From: an uncultured Planctomycetota bacterium
GTDB lineage: Bacteria; Planctomycetota; PLA2; JAEUHO01
Length of the DNA stretch: 64,000 bases
Reading direction: 5' to 3'
NCBI GenBank assembly: GCA_963752285.1
Contig: CAVVXN010000002.1
Location: 96,001 to 160,000 of the forward strand
A model generated the notes under the pieces. It saw nothing but the letters and a program-made list of their open reading frames with translations. It was not told the origin of the DNA and searched no databases. Position 1 is the stretch's first letter, and every line of letters starts with the position of its first letter. Below are positions 16,648 to 27,335 of the stretch, piece after piece. The translations under genes and the position numbers were made by a program.

Positions 16648-17496
16648 TCAGCGGTCGGTCGTGGTCGTGGTCGTGGCCTCGAAGCTGAAGACGTTCCCGA
16701 GGCCCATGCTTCCGAAGAGGGCTTCGGGGTGGGCCTGGTCCCAGGTCTTCTGCTGGTCGGGCGTCAAAAGGTCTCGCGCGTCGTGGGTGCCGCGACTCCG
16801 GATCCGCTGCTCCGCCTGGGCGTACGTCTCGTTCGAGCCCGGAACCTTCGTCTCCTTGAACTTCTGGATGTCGGCGAAGCTCGACATGAAGACCGTGATC
16901 GCCTGCCCGACGTCGTCGTTCGACTTGCCGCTGGTCAACGGCTTCGGCTTCGAGACCTCGCGAAACGTCTGACCGTCGTCGTTCGGGGTGTCGTAGAGCG
17001 CGTCGAGGTCGCGCTTCGTGTCGTCCACGACGCGCTCGAGGTCGGTCTTCTGCCGGGGCGTCAGGCCGAGGGCGGAGCTCGCCTGGTCCACGTTTCGAAG
17101 GAACAGGAGCCGCTTCGGCGTGCGCGCGGCCACCTCGTCCGTCTTCTTCTCGAGGTCCTCGACCCTCGTCTCGTGCGCCGAGACGCGCTTCTCCAAGTCC
17201 TGGACCGCGCGGGCGAGGACCTCGGGCGAGGCGCCGAGCGGGACGAGCGTCGGGCCGTCCTCCTCGGGCGTGGGCCCCTCCGCGGCCGCGACGGCCGGTC
17301 CGGGAAGGAGCGGTCGGGCCTCGGCCTTCGAGCGGATCTCCGAGAGGTCCTGGCGCACCTGGATCAGGTCGCCGCGGACCGACGCGGTCTCGTTCTTCGC
17401 CTGGAGCAGGTCCTCGCGGAGCCCGTCGGCCTCGACGGTCTGCCAGACGGCCACCCCGAGCGCGAGAACGGAGAGGAGAACGGCGATCTTGCCCAT
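16648..17496 (-). CDS. Membrane-anchored coiled-coil hypothetical protein
   Basis: N-terminal hydrophobic segment, coiled coils, LGLTPRQK / LLTPDQQK helical motifs. Confidence 0.75.
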   Translation of the reverse strand: MGKIAVLLSVLALGVAVWQTVEADGLREDLLQAKNETASVRGDLIQVRQDLSEIRSKAEARPLLPGPAVAAAEGPTPEEDGPTLVPLGASPEVLARAVQDLEKRVSAHETRVEDLEKKTDEVAARTPKRLLFLRNVDQASSALGLTPRQKTDLERVVDDTKRDLDALYDTPNDDGQTFREVSKPKPLTSGKSNDDVGQAITVFMSSFADIQKFKETKVPGSNETYAQAEQRIRSRGTHDARDLLTPDQQKTWDQAHPEALFGSMGLGNVFSFEATTTTTTDR

Positions 17497-17868
17497 GGCG
17501 CGGCCTCGATGGAATTCGCTCCCAACGTAGCGGGTGCGCTCCCGGCACGCGACCCCTACGCGGCCGTCCGTGCCGCCGCGGCCCAGCCCCGGCGCCGTTC
17601 CAGCCGAGGACCTTCGTCCGCAGAGCACAAATGCCCGGCCCCCTTCGAGCCGATCTCGGCCATTGGGGCGGCTCTGTGCCGGGGAAGGCGCCTCGCTCGG
17701 CCCGACGCGGGCGCGAGGACTCCGGGGGAGAAAGCGGTGCGCAGAAGGATCGAGGGAGCGCAGGACGTCGGCCGGACCTCGGCAGCGCCGGGTCTCTTCC
17801 GAGCGGGCGCCCGGGAGGAAGACCCGGCCGCCGCCCTGCCCGTCCCGTTACCCGGAGCTCCCGAGCCC

Positions 17869-19365
17869 ATGGCGGGCGCGCCCCGAGCCCCGGGACTCCC
17901 CCTCGGAGTCCGCCATCTCCTCGCGTTGCTGCCGATGGCGCTGCTCGTGCTGCGGCTCGACGATGCGGGACGTGGGACCACGGCCGGGTTGGTCGCGAGT
18001 GCGTTCCTCTTCGTCTGGCTCTTGACCCCGCTCTTCGCACGCGCGCTCCGGAGGCGGGGCGCGGTCGTCCGTCCCGGGGGCCGGAGTCAGCACGAGGGAG
18101 ACGTACCGGGGCTCGGCGGTGTGGTGGTGTTCGCCGCGATCGCGGCGGTCCTGCTGACCCGGCTGTCGGAGCAGCCGCACCTGTGGGGGCTCCTCGCCGG
18201 CGCCTCGCTCCTCCTCGTCGTGGGGGTCGTCGATGACGTCGCCCGCGTGCGTCCGCGCACCAAGATCCTCGCCCAGCTCGCCGCGGGTGGCTGCCTGCTC
18301 GCCGCCGGGTTCAGCCTCGACTCGCTCAGCGTTCCCGGCCTCGCATCCCTTCACCTCGGCTGGTTCTCCGCTCCGATCGTCCTCGCCTGGATCGTCCTCG
18401 CGACGAACGCCTTCAACCTCGCGGACGGGATGGACGGTCAGGCCTCGGTCCTCGCGCTCGTGACGCTCTCCGGACTCGCCGTCCTGGACGTCCACCCCGT
18501 GCTCGCGCTCGGGACCGCCGCGGCCGTGCTCGGCTTCCTGCCGCACAACCTCCCCCGGGCGCGGATCTTCCTCGGTGACGCCGGAAGCCTCGTCCTGGGC
18601 TTCGTCCTGGCGGCCCTCCTGCTCGAGGTCCCCGCGCGCGGAAACCTCGTGCTGGCGGTCGGCCTCTTCGCCTACCCGCTCGGGGACGTGGCCTTCTCGG
18701 TCCTGCGCCGGTACGTACGCGCGAAGCCCCTCTTCGCCGCGGACCGGAGCCACGTCCACCACAAGCTGACGACGCACCTCGGGAACACGACGCGCGCGCT
18801 CGCTCTGGTCGCGGCCGCGGCGGCGGCCGCCGCCGGGCTCGTGCTCTGGCGACCCGACCGGCACGCCCTGGAGGCCCTCTTCCTCCTGTGGGTGCTCGGC
18901 ACGCTGATCCTCGTCCAGGTCGGGCGGGTTCGGCTCGCGCGGATGCTCGGCAGCCGCCGCCCGTTCCAGCACCTGCACCTCCTCCGCCAGTACGCCACGG
19001 GGCTGCTCCGCCTGGCGCGCACGCCGGCGGAGGTCGAGCGCTGCCTGGGCCTCCTGGCGCGCGACCTGCCCCTGGCCGAGGTGGAGGTGGGAGGCGTCCA
19101 CCTCCAGACCGACGCGTGCCTCGACCCGGCGTGCCGCATCGAGACGCTGGGACTTCCGACCGGCCCGGCTCGGTACGCGTACGTGGTGGACGAGACCGAG
19201 GAGCCGGCGCTGTCGGTGGAGCGTCGGACGATCGTCGCCGATCTCCTCCGAGAGGCGGACCACCAGCTCGCGGTCCTCCGGCCTCGTGAGCGGGGTCCGG
19301 GCATCGTGCCGGTCCGGGTTGGGCGCCCCTCCCAGGGGGCCGCCCGAGCGGTACGGGGCGGCTGA
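17869..19365 (+). CDS. WecA/MraY-family undecaprenyl-phosphate GlcNAc-1-phosphate transferase
   Basis: GVVDD, NAFNLADGMDG, IFLGDAGS, ADRSHVHH; polytopic membrane protein. Confidence 0.9.
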   Translation: MAGAPRAPGLPLGVRHLLALLPMALLVLRLDDAGRGTTAGLVASAFLFVWLLTPLFARALRRRGAVVRPGGRSQHEGDVPGLGGVVVFAAIAAVLLTRLSEQPHLWGLLAGASLLLVVGVVDDVARVRPRTKILAQLAAGGCLLAAGFSLDSLSVPGLASLHLGWFSAPIVLAWIVLATNAFNLADGMDGQASVLALVTLSGLAVLDVHPVLALGTAAAVLGFLPHNLPRARIFLGDAGSLVLGFVLAALLLEVPARGNLVLAVGLFAYPLGDVAFSVLRRYVRAKPLFAADRSHVHHKLTTHLGNTTRALALVAAAAAAAAGLVLWRPDRHALEALFLLWVLGTLILVQVGRVRLARMLGSRRPFQHLHLLRQYATGLLRLARTPAEVERCLGLLARDLPLAEVEVGGVHLQTDACLDPACRIETLGLPTGPARYAYVVDETEEPALSVERRTIVADLLREADHQLAVLRPRERGPGIVPVRVGRPSQGAARAVRGG

Positions 19366-19378
19366 GTCGGAGGTCGGC

Positions 19379-20416
19379 GTGACGAAGACGGCGCTGGTTT
19401 GCGGGGCGGGCGGGTTCATCGGCGGACACCTCGTCGAGCGCCTGGTCCGCGAGGGATACCGGGTACGGGGCGTGGACCTGAAACGCCCCGAGTTCCGCGC
19501 GTCGGCCGCCCACGAGTTCCTGCAGGCCGACCTTCGCGACCCCGGGGTGTGCCGGCGCGCGGTAGCGGACACCGCCGAGGTCTACCAGCTCGCCGCCGAC
19601 ATGGGGGGGGCCGGGTACATCTTCACCGGCGACCACGACGCCGACGTGATGAGGAACTCCGCGACCGTGAACCTGAACATGGTCGAGGCGTGCCGCGCGG
19701 AGGGCGTCGAGAAGGTCTTCTTCTCGTCTTCCGCCTGCATCTACCCGGCCCACAACCAGGAAGACCCCGAGCGTCCGGACTGCTCGGAGGCCTCGGCCTA
19801 CCCCGCCCGGCCCGACAGCGAGTACGGCTGGGAGAAGCTCTTCAGCGAGCGCCTCTACCTGGCCTACGCCCGGAACCACGGCCTCGCGGTCCGGATCGCC
19901 CGCTTCCACAACATCTTCGGACCGTACGGCGCGTGGAACGACGGCCGCGAGAAGGCGCCGGCCGCCGTCTGCCGGAAGGTCGCGGCCGCCCCCGAAGGCG
20001 GCGAGATCGAGATCTGGGGCGACGGGAAGCAGACGCGCTCGTTCCTCTACGTGGACGAGTGCGTCGAGGGCGTACGCCGACTCATGGAGAGCGACTTCGA
20101 GGGCCCGGTGAACATCGGATCCGACGAGATGGTCTCGATCGACCGCCTCGTCGAGATCGTGTCGGGGGTGGCCGAGAAACACGTCCGCGTGCGCCACGTG
20201 CCGGGACCCCTCGGCGTTCGCGGTCGGACCTCCGACAATCGGCTCTGTCGGGAGAGGCTCTCCTGGGCGCCGTCGGCCGAGCTCCAAGCGGGCCTCGAAC
20301 GGACCTACCCCTGGATCCGGGAGCAGGTCGAGATGGCGGGGGTCGGGACGGCATCCACCACCGCGTCGGTCCCGGCTTCGACCCACGGTCCCCGCCCCGC
20401 GAAGGCACGAGGGTGA
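19379..20416 (+). CDS. NAD-dependent epimerase, GDP-mannose 3,5-epimerase-like
   Basis: GAGGFIG, LAADMGG, SSACIYP, YGWEK, RFHNIFGP, GREKAPAA, GDGKQTRSF. Confidence 0.88.
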   Translation: MTKTALVCGAGGFIGGHLVERLVREGYRVRGVDLKRPEFRASAAHEFLQADLRDPGVCRRAVADTAEVYQLAADMGGAGYIFTGDHDADVMRNSATVNLNMVEACRAEGVEKVFFSSSACIYPAHNQEDPERPDCSEASAYPARPDSEYGWEKLFSERLYLAYARNHGLAVRIARFHNIFGPYGAWNDGREKAPAAVCRKVAAAPEGGEIEIWGDGKQTRSFLYVDECVEGVRRLMESDFEGPVNIGSDEMVSIDRLVEIVSGVAEKHVRVRHVPGPLGVRGRTSDNRLCRERLSWAPSAELQAGLERTYPWIREQVEMAGVGTASTTASVPASTHGPRPAKARG

Positions 20417-21504
20417 CCGCTCCCTGTCGCCATCCCACCTGCCTCGTCGGCCTCCTGAGCCTCGGCCTCGTCCTGGCCGGGTGCGCCGCCGACCAGGTCG
20501 AGCATCCCGTGGACGTGCATCGGCTCCTCGCTCCGGCTTCACCGTGCGACGACGGGTTCCGCGCCGTGCCCGAGTCCGAGCTCGTCCGCGTCGTCTTGCC
20601 TCCGCCCGCGCCCTACCGGCTCGGCGTCGGCGACGTCGTCTACGTCGCGGTGCCCGGCCAGGAGAAGTTCGCCGGGTTCGGAGAGACCGCGACGGGGGAG
20701 GTGGTGGGAACGCGGGTGAAGGAGGACGGCAACCTCTACCTGCCCCTGATCCGTACGGTCCCCGCCGCGGGGCGGACTGCGATCGAGCTCCAGGAAGACA
20801 TCCGAAAGCGCCTCTCGGAGTTCGTCCAGGAGCCGTACGTCAGCGTGGACGTCCTGGAACACCACTCCCAGCGCTTCTACGTGTTCGGGGAGGTCAAGGA
20901 CCCCGGCGCCTTCCCGGTGGACGGCCACACGACGCTGCTCGACGGTCTCTCGGCGGCCGGAGGTCCGGAGAGCGGGACGGCGGATCTCGACGAGGCCTAC
21001 GTCGTCAGGGACGGGAACGTGCTCCCGTTGAGCCTCGCGGACGTCCTCGAGCACGGAGACAAGAGCGGCAACCTGGTGATGCGCGACCGCGATCTCGTGT
21101 TCGTCCCGCACGTACGGGACCGGAGCGAGTTCGTCTACGTGCTCGGAGAGGTGAAGCGCGCCGGCGCCGTGCCCATGCACGTCGATCCCGCTCGCCCCGG
21201 TGCGCCGGCGCGGATGACGCTCGCCGAGGCGCTGGCCCAGGCGGGCGGGCTCGACCTCGACACGGCCGCCCAGGACCAGATCCGCGTGTTCCGGGGCGAC
21301 TGGCGCTGTCCGCGCGCCTACACCCTGAGCGCGCACGAGGTGTACGCGTACGGCGAGGGCATGCGCCTCGAGCCCGGAGACCGCGTCCTCGTCGCGCCCA
21401 CGGGACTGGCCACCTGGGGCCGGGCGCTCAAGCAGGCCACCCCGTTCCTCAGCGGGGCGACGACCGCGGTGGCCGCCAGCGCGACGGTCGGGGCGCTCAA
21501 GTGA
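20413..21504 (+). CDS. wza: Polysaccharide export lipoprotein (Wza/OPX)
   Basis: Lipobox LAGC; YRLGVGD, DGNLYLPLI, GEVKDPG and further SLBB repeats. Confidence 0.88.
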   Translation: MTAPCRHPTCLVGLLSLGLVLAGCAADQVEHPVDVHRLLAPASPCDDGFRAVPESELVRVVLPPPAPYRLGVGDVVYVAVPGQEKFAGFGETATGEVVGTRVKEDGNLYLPLIRTVPAAGRTAIELQEDIRKRLSEFVQEPYVSVDVLEHHSQRFYVFGEVKDPGAFPVDGHTTLLDGLSAAGGPESGTADLDEAYVVRDGNVLPLSLADVLEHGDKSGNLVMRDRDLVFVPHVRDRSEFVYVLGEVKRAGAVPMHVDPARPGAPARMTLAEALAQAGGLDLDTAAQDQIRVFRGDWRCPRAYTLSAHEVYAYGEGMRLEPGDRVLVAPTGLATWGRALKQATPFLSGATTAVAASATVGALK

Positions 21505-21547
21505 GGACGCGCGCCGCCCTGGTCCGCCCCCAGCCCGGGAGACCCCC

Positions 21548-24110
21548 ATGAACCGCGTTCGCGAGAGCTCCCGCGCCGCCAGCGGGACCGAGGCACGACC
21601 GGCGACGGCGCGCACGGAGTCACGCCGCGCCCGGCCGCGCGCGGTCCACTTCTCCGACTACCTGGCGATCGTACGAGACCACCTCCTCGCGGCGGGGACC
21701 GTCGGGCTCGGGATCCTGGCGTGGGTGGTCCTCGCGGCGCTCTTCTCGACGCCCGTGTACGAGGCGAGGTCGAGGCTCCAGATCGACGTCGGAGGACAAC
21801 AGCGGGACGACCTCGTGTCCGACCTCATGCTCTTCGGCACCTCGACCGTCCAGAGCACCGAGGTCGAGGTGATCCGCTCGTACGCCGTCGCGAAGCGGGT
21901 GGCGGACGATCCCGTGGCGCGGGCCACCGCCCTGCTGGAGGAGAAGAGCGTCTACCGTCCGCTCGAGACGCTCGTCCGACCCTACCTGCACGCGAGCTGG
22001 CGACCCTGCCATCTCGAGTTCGACCCGGCGCATCTCCCGTCGGTCCGGCGGACGGCGAGCTGGAAGCTCTCGTTCGACGCGCAGGGGCGCCTCACGATCT
22101 CGGGCGCGGGCGCCGAGGCGGTCACCGTGGAACGGGTCGGCCTCGGCGAGCCGTTCGAGGATCGGAACGAGAACGGCGTGTGGGACGCGGCGGAGCCCTA
22201 CGAGGACCAAAACGGGAACGCTGTCTACGACGCGCCGGTGCCCTTCGACGTCGGCGGACAGCACGTGGCTCTCGTGCTCGAGGAAGGGGACGTCCGCGGG
22301 CGCACCTTCCTCGCACGGCTCCGATCTCCCGAGGAGGCGGCCACCTGGGTGCACGAGGCGACCTCGGTCGAGCCGGTCGGCGACTGGAGCGGCATCGTGG
22401 ACGTGACGGTGCGCGCCGAGAGCCCCGTGGTCGCGACGAGGATCGCAGACGCCGTGGGACGTGCGTACCTCGGCCTGCGTCAGGAGCGGCGACGAGAGCG
22501 AACGGACCGGACCCTCGACTGGCTGAAGGCGGAGACGAAGCGGGTGGAGGACGATCTCCTCCATGCGGTGGACGCGCGGGACGCGTACGTGAAGCAGACC
22601 GGCGCCACGATGCTCACGGAGCAGGCGACGGGGATCTACGAGCGACAGGGCGAGCTCGTTCGGCAGCGGTTCGAGCTCGAACAGAGGAAGCTCGGCCTCG
22701 ACGCCGAGCTCGCGCTCCTCGCGGGCACCCACAGCACCGACGAGCTCCTGACCGCCATCGGGGCGACGAGCCTCGACGCCCGCACGACGACGCTCGTCCA
22801 GCAGGAGGCCGATCTCGAGATGCAGCGGGCCCTGCTGCTCCGCAGCCTCACCGATCGGGATCCCAAGGTGGAGGAGGTGGACGCGAAGATCGCCTTCGTG
22901 CGCGACCAGCTCACCGCCTCGATTGGAGGCCTCGTGACCGAGCGGAGGAACGCGCTCGACGTGGAGCGCTCGCAGGTGGCGGCGAGCCTGGCGCAGATCG
23001 ACCGGGAGGAGGCGCGGCAGCAGAGGCTCCTGTCCCAGCTCCCCGACGCCGAGCGGAAGCTGGTGGAGCTCGGACGGCCCATCGAGTCGAACGAGACCTT
23101 CCTGGTCTCGCTCAAGAAGTCGCAGAAGGAGGTGGAGATGGCACGGGCCGGGGCCGTGGCCACGGCGAGCGTCATCGACCCGGCCGTCGCGAATCCGGGG
23201 CGGAAGAGCCCCGTTCTCCTCAAGACGCTCATCGTCGGCGTGCTCCTCGGGCTGCTCGGGGGGGTCGGCACCGCGTTCGGACTCGAGTACATGAACCGCA
23301 CGGTTCGGAGCTCGCAGGAGATCGAGGACGGCCTCGGCGTGCCGGTCCTCGGCACCATCCCCCTCTTCCGATCCGTCGATCGACGACTGGGGCGCCGGGG
23401 CCAGGGAGCCCTCGTCGCAGAGGACGCGCCGAGGTCCGCGGCGGCCGAGCCCTACCGGACGCTCTTCGCGAGCATCCGGTACCCCTCCACGGAGGCGGCG
23501 GTACGTACGGTCGTCGTCACTTCGTCCCTCGCCCAGGAGGGGAAGACGGTCACCACGTTGAACCTCGCGATCACGATGGCGCGCGCGGGGCGCAAGGTGC
23601 TCGTCGTCGATGCGGACACGCGTCGTCCCACCACGCACGTCCATCTCGGAGGTACGCGCGACCACGGTCTCGTGGACGTCCTCGAGGGCCAGGCGAGGTG
23701 GCAGGACGTCGTCCGCGCGACCCAGACGCCGGGCATGTCCCTGGTGGCCGCGGGGCACCCGGCCGAGAATCCCACGGCGCTTCTCGACTCGGACGCCTTC
23801 CGCTCCTTCCTCGCGGAGGTGCGGGACGCGTTCGACTACGTGCTCTTCGACGCCCCGCCCGTGCTCGCGGTGGCGGACGCCGCCGCGTTCGTGAGAGAGC
23901 TCGACGCCGTCGTCTTGCTCGTCCGACAGGGGCGCTATCCCCTCGACACGGCCCGCGCGGCCCTCGAACAGATCGAGAGGCTGGGGGGGAAGGTCCAGGG
24001 CGCGGTCTTGAACGCGTTCGACCTTCGACGCGCCGCGCGGACACGCGTACGGGTACTACGGCTACTACGGCAAGTACCAGGACTACGGGAACGGCGGGGC
24101 GACGACGTGA
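21548..24110 (+). CDS. wzc: Polysaccharide co-polymerase / BY-kinase (Wzc); C-terminal Tyr cluster shifted out of frame near 24037
   Basis: Two TMs flanking coiled coils; Walker SSLAQEGKT, LVVDAD, VLFDAPP; GHAYGYYGYYGKYQDY-TGA(24108-24110) in the +1 frame. Confidence 0.88.
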
Positions 24111-25345
24111 CCGTCCCGGTCGTCCAGGGACGGCTGGCCCCGCGCCCCGCGCGCGTCCCGGGAGCCCCGCGCGTCGCGGTCTGCCACCCGCGACTGGGGC
24201 ATGGGGGGTCCGAAGCGAGGGCCCTCTGGTTGCTGCAGGCGCTCCGCGCGCAGTACGACGTGACGTTGGTGACCCTGGGGCCGGTCGACCTGCCGCGGCT
24301 CAACGCCTACTACGGCACCCGGCTCGAGCCGTCCGACCTTTGCGTCTCGCGACCCCGTGTCGGGCGATGGCTCGCGCGACGGGCGTCGGGGGACGCCCTG
24401 CGCACCGCCGTGCTCGAGCGGCACGTCCGGAGCCGGGCCGCCGAGTACGACCTGTTGATCAGCGCGCACAACCTCCTCGACTTCGGGCGGCCGGGCATCC
24501 AGTTCATCGCGGACTGGAGCTTCCTGCCGCACGTCCGTCGATCTCTCCACGGCTCCACGTCCGTGCTGGACGGCCGGGGCCCGGGGCGTACCTGTGCGCG
24601 CTGCGCCTACCGGTCGATCGTCCGGGCCGTTCGAGCCGGCCGAGCGTCGCCGGGACCCCGGAGTGACGACTACGTGATCGCGAACTCCGCGTTCACGGCG
24701 CGCATGATGGTCCAGCACCTGGGGCGCGCGCCGGACGCGGTCCTGTACCCGCCGGTCGGCGGGCCTCCCGACGGGGACACGCACGAGGAGCGCCGCCCGG
24801 ACTTCGTCTCGTTGGGACGCATCCGTCCCGAGAAGCGCATTCCCGATCAGATCGAGATCCTCCGCAACGTCCGCGCCCGGGGGCACGACGTGTCGTTGCG
24901 CCTCTGCGGGGGTCCGGTCACGGGCGACTACGCCGCGCACATTCGACGGCTCGTTCACGCCGAGGCCGGCTGGGTGTCGTGGGACGGTCCCGTCGAGGGC
25001 GCCGCGAAATGGGCCGTGCTCTCTGCGCATCGATTCGGCATCCACGCGACACGCGGCGAGGGCTTCGGGATCGCCACCGCCGAGATGATTCGCGCCGGCT
25101 GCATCGTCTTCGCGCCGGACCACGGCGGGCCCGCCGAGCTCTTGGACGAGCCCGGCCTGACGTACGGATCACTCGGAGAGGCCACGGAGAAGATCGCCCT
25201 TCTCCTCGGGGACCCGGCCCGGCAGGCGCGGCTCGCCGCCCGGCTGCGGGACCGAGGGGCCCGCTTCACGGAAGAAGCGTTCACGAGCCGTTCCCTGGAC
25301 GTGGTCCGGGAGGTCCTCGAGCGCGGCGTGCGGAGGAGAGCGTGA
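24107..25345 (+). CDS. Glycosyltransferase family 4
   Basis: GTGA overlap; GGSE, ANSAFT, LYPPV, GRIRPEK, EGFGIATAE. Confidence 0.85.
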   Translation: MTVPVVQGRLAPRPARVPGAPRVAVCHPRLGHGGSEARALWLLQALRAQYDVTLVTLGPVDLPRLNAYYGTRLEPSDLCVSRPRVGRWLARRASGDALRTAVLERHVRSRAAEYDLLISAHNLLDFGRPGIQFIADWSFLPHVRRSLHGSTSVLDGRGPGRTCARCAYRSIVRAVRAGRASPGPRSDDYVIANSAFTARMMVQHLGRAPDAVLYPPVGGPPDGDTHEERRPDFVSLGRIRPEKRIPDQIEILRNVRARGHDVSLRLCGGPVTGDYAAHIRRLVHAEAGWVSWDGPVEGAAKWAVLSAHRFGIHATRGEGFGIATAEMIRAGCIVFAPDHGGPAELLDEPGLTYGSLGEATEKIALLLGDPARQARLAARLRDRGARFTEEAFTSRSLDVVREVLERGVRRRA

Positions 25346-26268
25346 CGCGACCCGTCCCTTCCCCGACGGAATCGATGGCGGGCGCCGGCTCCGACCCGGG
25401 GGAGGCGACCGACCGCGCGCGGACGTGCGGCGCGACCTACGCGCTCGTGACCGCGGCTCGTAACGAGGCGACGGACATCGAGCGCACGCTCGCGTCGGTC
25501 CTCGCACAGTCCCACCGCCCCGTGCGCTGGGCGATCGTCAGCGACGGTTCCACCGACGGCACGGACGAGATCGTTCGGCGCTATGCGTCGAGGCACGAGT
25601 GGATCACGTTCCTCCGTCGCGAGAAGCCCCCGGCCGACTTCGATCGAGTGGAGGAGGTGTCACCCGGGAAGGCGCCCGCGACCGCCATGGGGTGGGACGC
25701 CGTCTCCGGGTTCTCGTTCGACTGCTTCGTGAACCTGGATGCCGACGTCTCGTTCCCGCCGGACCTCTTCGAGCGGCTCATGCGCGAGTGCGAGGCCGAT
25801 CCCGCGATCGGCTTGAGCGGCGTGATGCTCCGGAACCGTTTGCCGGACGGATCGCCGGCGCCGGGAGGGTTCCTGAGGGCCGACGTGGTGGGCGGGCCGA
25901 TCCAGGTCTTCCGCCGGGAGTGCTGGGAGGCGATCGGCGGCTACCGCCCGTATGGCCACGAGGACGGCATCGCGAACGACATGGTGAAGCGGCTCGGCTG
26001 GAAGGTCCGGTCGCACCCGCACCTGACGGCGTACCACCACGTGCCGTACGCGGGGTACGCGCCCACGATCCGCTCCAAGGTCCCCACGTGCTTCAAGATG
26101 GGCGTACTCCACTACGTGGGACGCGAGCCGCTCTGGAAGGAGGCGCTGCGGGCTCTGCGACGTGCGTGGGCCCGGCCCTGGTTCCTGGCCGGCGCCGCGA
26201 TGTTCCTCGGCTACGTCTGGGGACTCCTCTCCCGCAAGAGCCGAATCCCCCGCGAGGCGTGTCGGTGA
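25342..26268 (+). CDS. Glycosyltransferase family 2
   Basis: VTAARNE, VSDGSTDGT, NLDAD, IGGY. Confidence 0.88.
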   Translation: MTRPVPSPTESMAGAGSDPGEATDRARTCGATYALVTAARNEATDIERTLASVLAQSHRPVRWAIVSDGSTDGTDEIVRRYASRHEWITFLRREKPPADFDRVEEVSPGKAPATAMGWDAVSGFSFDCFVNLDADVSFPPDLFERLMRECEADPAIGLSGVMLRNRLPDGSPAPGGFLRADVVGGPIQVFRRECWEAIGGYRPYGHEDGIANDMVKRLGWKVRSHPHLTAYHHVPYAGYAPTIRSKVPTCFKMGVLHYVGREPLWKEALRALRRAWARPWFLAGAAMFLGYVWGLLSRKSRIPREACR

Positions 26269-27335
26269 TGGGACGACCGGGAGCCGCAGCCGATCCTCCG
26301 GCCGGATCCGCCCTCCGGGGCGCCCCCGCGCGCCGCGAGCGCCCGGAGACCGCGGTTTCGCGCGCGACGAGCCGGCCCCCGTTCCGCCTCGGGATCGTGG
26401 TGGCCACGAAGGACCGTCCGGACGACCTGAGGGTCATGCTGGCGAGCCTGGCCGCGCAGTCGGTCCCGCCCGACCAGGTCGTGGTCGTGGACGCCAGCGC
26501 GACACCCGTCGAGTCCATCACGCGTCGGTTCCCCACGCTCGACGTCCTCTACCTGCGGCACCTCCCTCCCTCCGCCGCCGCGCAGCGAAACGCGGGCCTG
26601 GCCGCCGTACGCCCGGACATCGACCTGATCGGGTTCATGGACGACGACGCGGTCCTGGAGCCTGGCGCGATGGAGCACATGTTCGCCTTCTGGGCCTGCT
26701 CCTCGTCTCGGGTCGGGGGCGCGAGCTTCAACCTCCTGAACCCGCCGGGTCGGGTGTTGACGGGTCTCAAGGGCACGCGCCTCGTGTCGTGGCTGGGCAT
26801 CTACGACCGGCAGCGTGGGGGCGTCGCCCGGAGCGGTTGGCAGTCCGTGGTCGGTACGGCGGCACGCGACGTCCGGGTGGAGTGGCTGCCGACGACCGCG
26901 TCGGTCTGGCGCCGGGGTGTGTTCTGCGGGGGCGGGTTCGACGCCCACTACGACGGCTACAGCTACCTGGAAGACCTGGACTTCAGCTACGGCGTCTCCC
27001 GCGAGCACGAGCTCTGGGTCGTCGCCGCGGCGGGGTTCCGACACCATCCCTCCTCCGGCGGACGCATCGACCGGTACCAGTTCGGCAAGATCGAGGTGGT
27101 GAACCGTCTCCACGTGGTCCGAAAGCACCGGCTCTGCGTGTGGCGCTGCTACCTCGGCCTCCTCGTGCGGATGGGCCTGACGCTCGCGAGCGCGGTCGTG
27201 AGCAGCAGCCGCGCAGAGCTCGATCGGTTGCGGGGCAACCTGGCGGGGCTCGGCCTCCGGGGGGCGTCGGTGGGATCGCGCACCGCGCGCCGCGCGGCTC
27301 GCGCGGCGATGGGGTCGAAAGGGGAGCCCGCATGA
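26268..27335 (+). CDS. Glycosyltransferase family 2
   Basis: IVVATKDR, VVVDAS, QRNAG, FMDDD, EDLDFS. Confidence 0.88.
   Translation: MGRPGAAADPPAGSALRGAPARRERPETAVSRATSRPPFRLGIVVATKDRPDDLRVMLASLAAQSVPPDQVVVVDASATPVESITRRFPTLDVLYLRHLPPSAAAQRNAGLAAVRPDIDLIGFMDDDAVLEPGAMEHMFAFWACSSSRVGGASFNLLNPPGRVLTGLKGTRLVSWLGIYDRQRGGVARSGWQSVVGTAARDVRVEWLPTTASVWRRGVFCGGGFDAHYDGYSYLEDLDFSYGVSREHELWVVAAAGFRHHPSSGGRIDRYQFGKIEVVNRLHVVRKHRLCVWRCYLGLLVRMGLTLASAVVSSSRAELDRLRGNLAGLGLRGASVGSRTARRAARAAMGSKGEPA

Noticed and set aside
21548..25345. Novel 1265-aa Wzc-glycosyltransferase fusion
   Set aside because: The Wzc Tyr cluster and stop lie in the +1 frame with a GTGA overlap to the GT4 start; best explained as a frameshift
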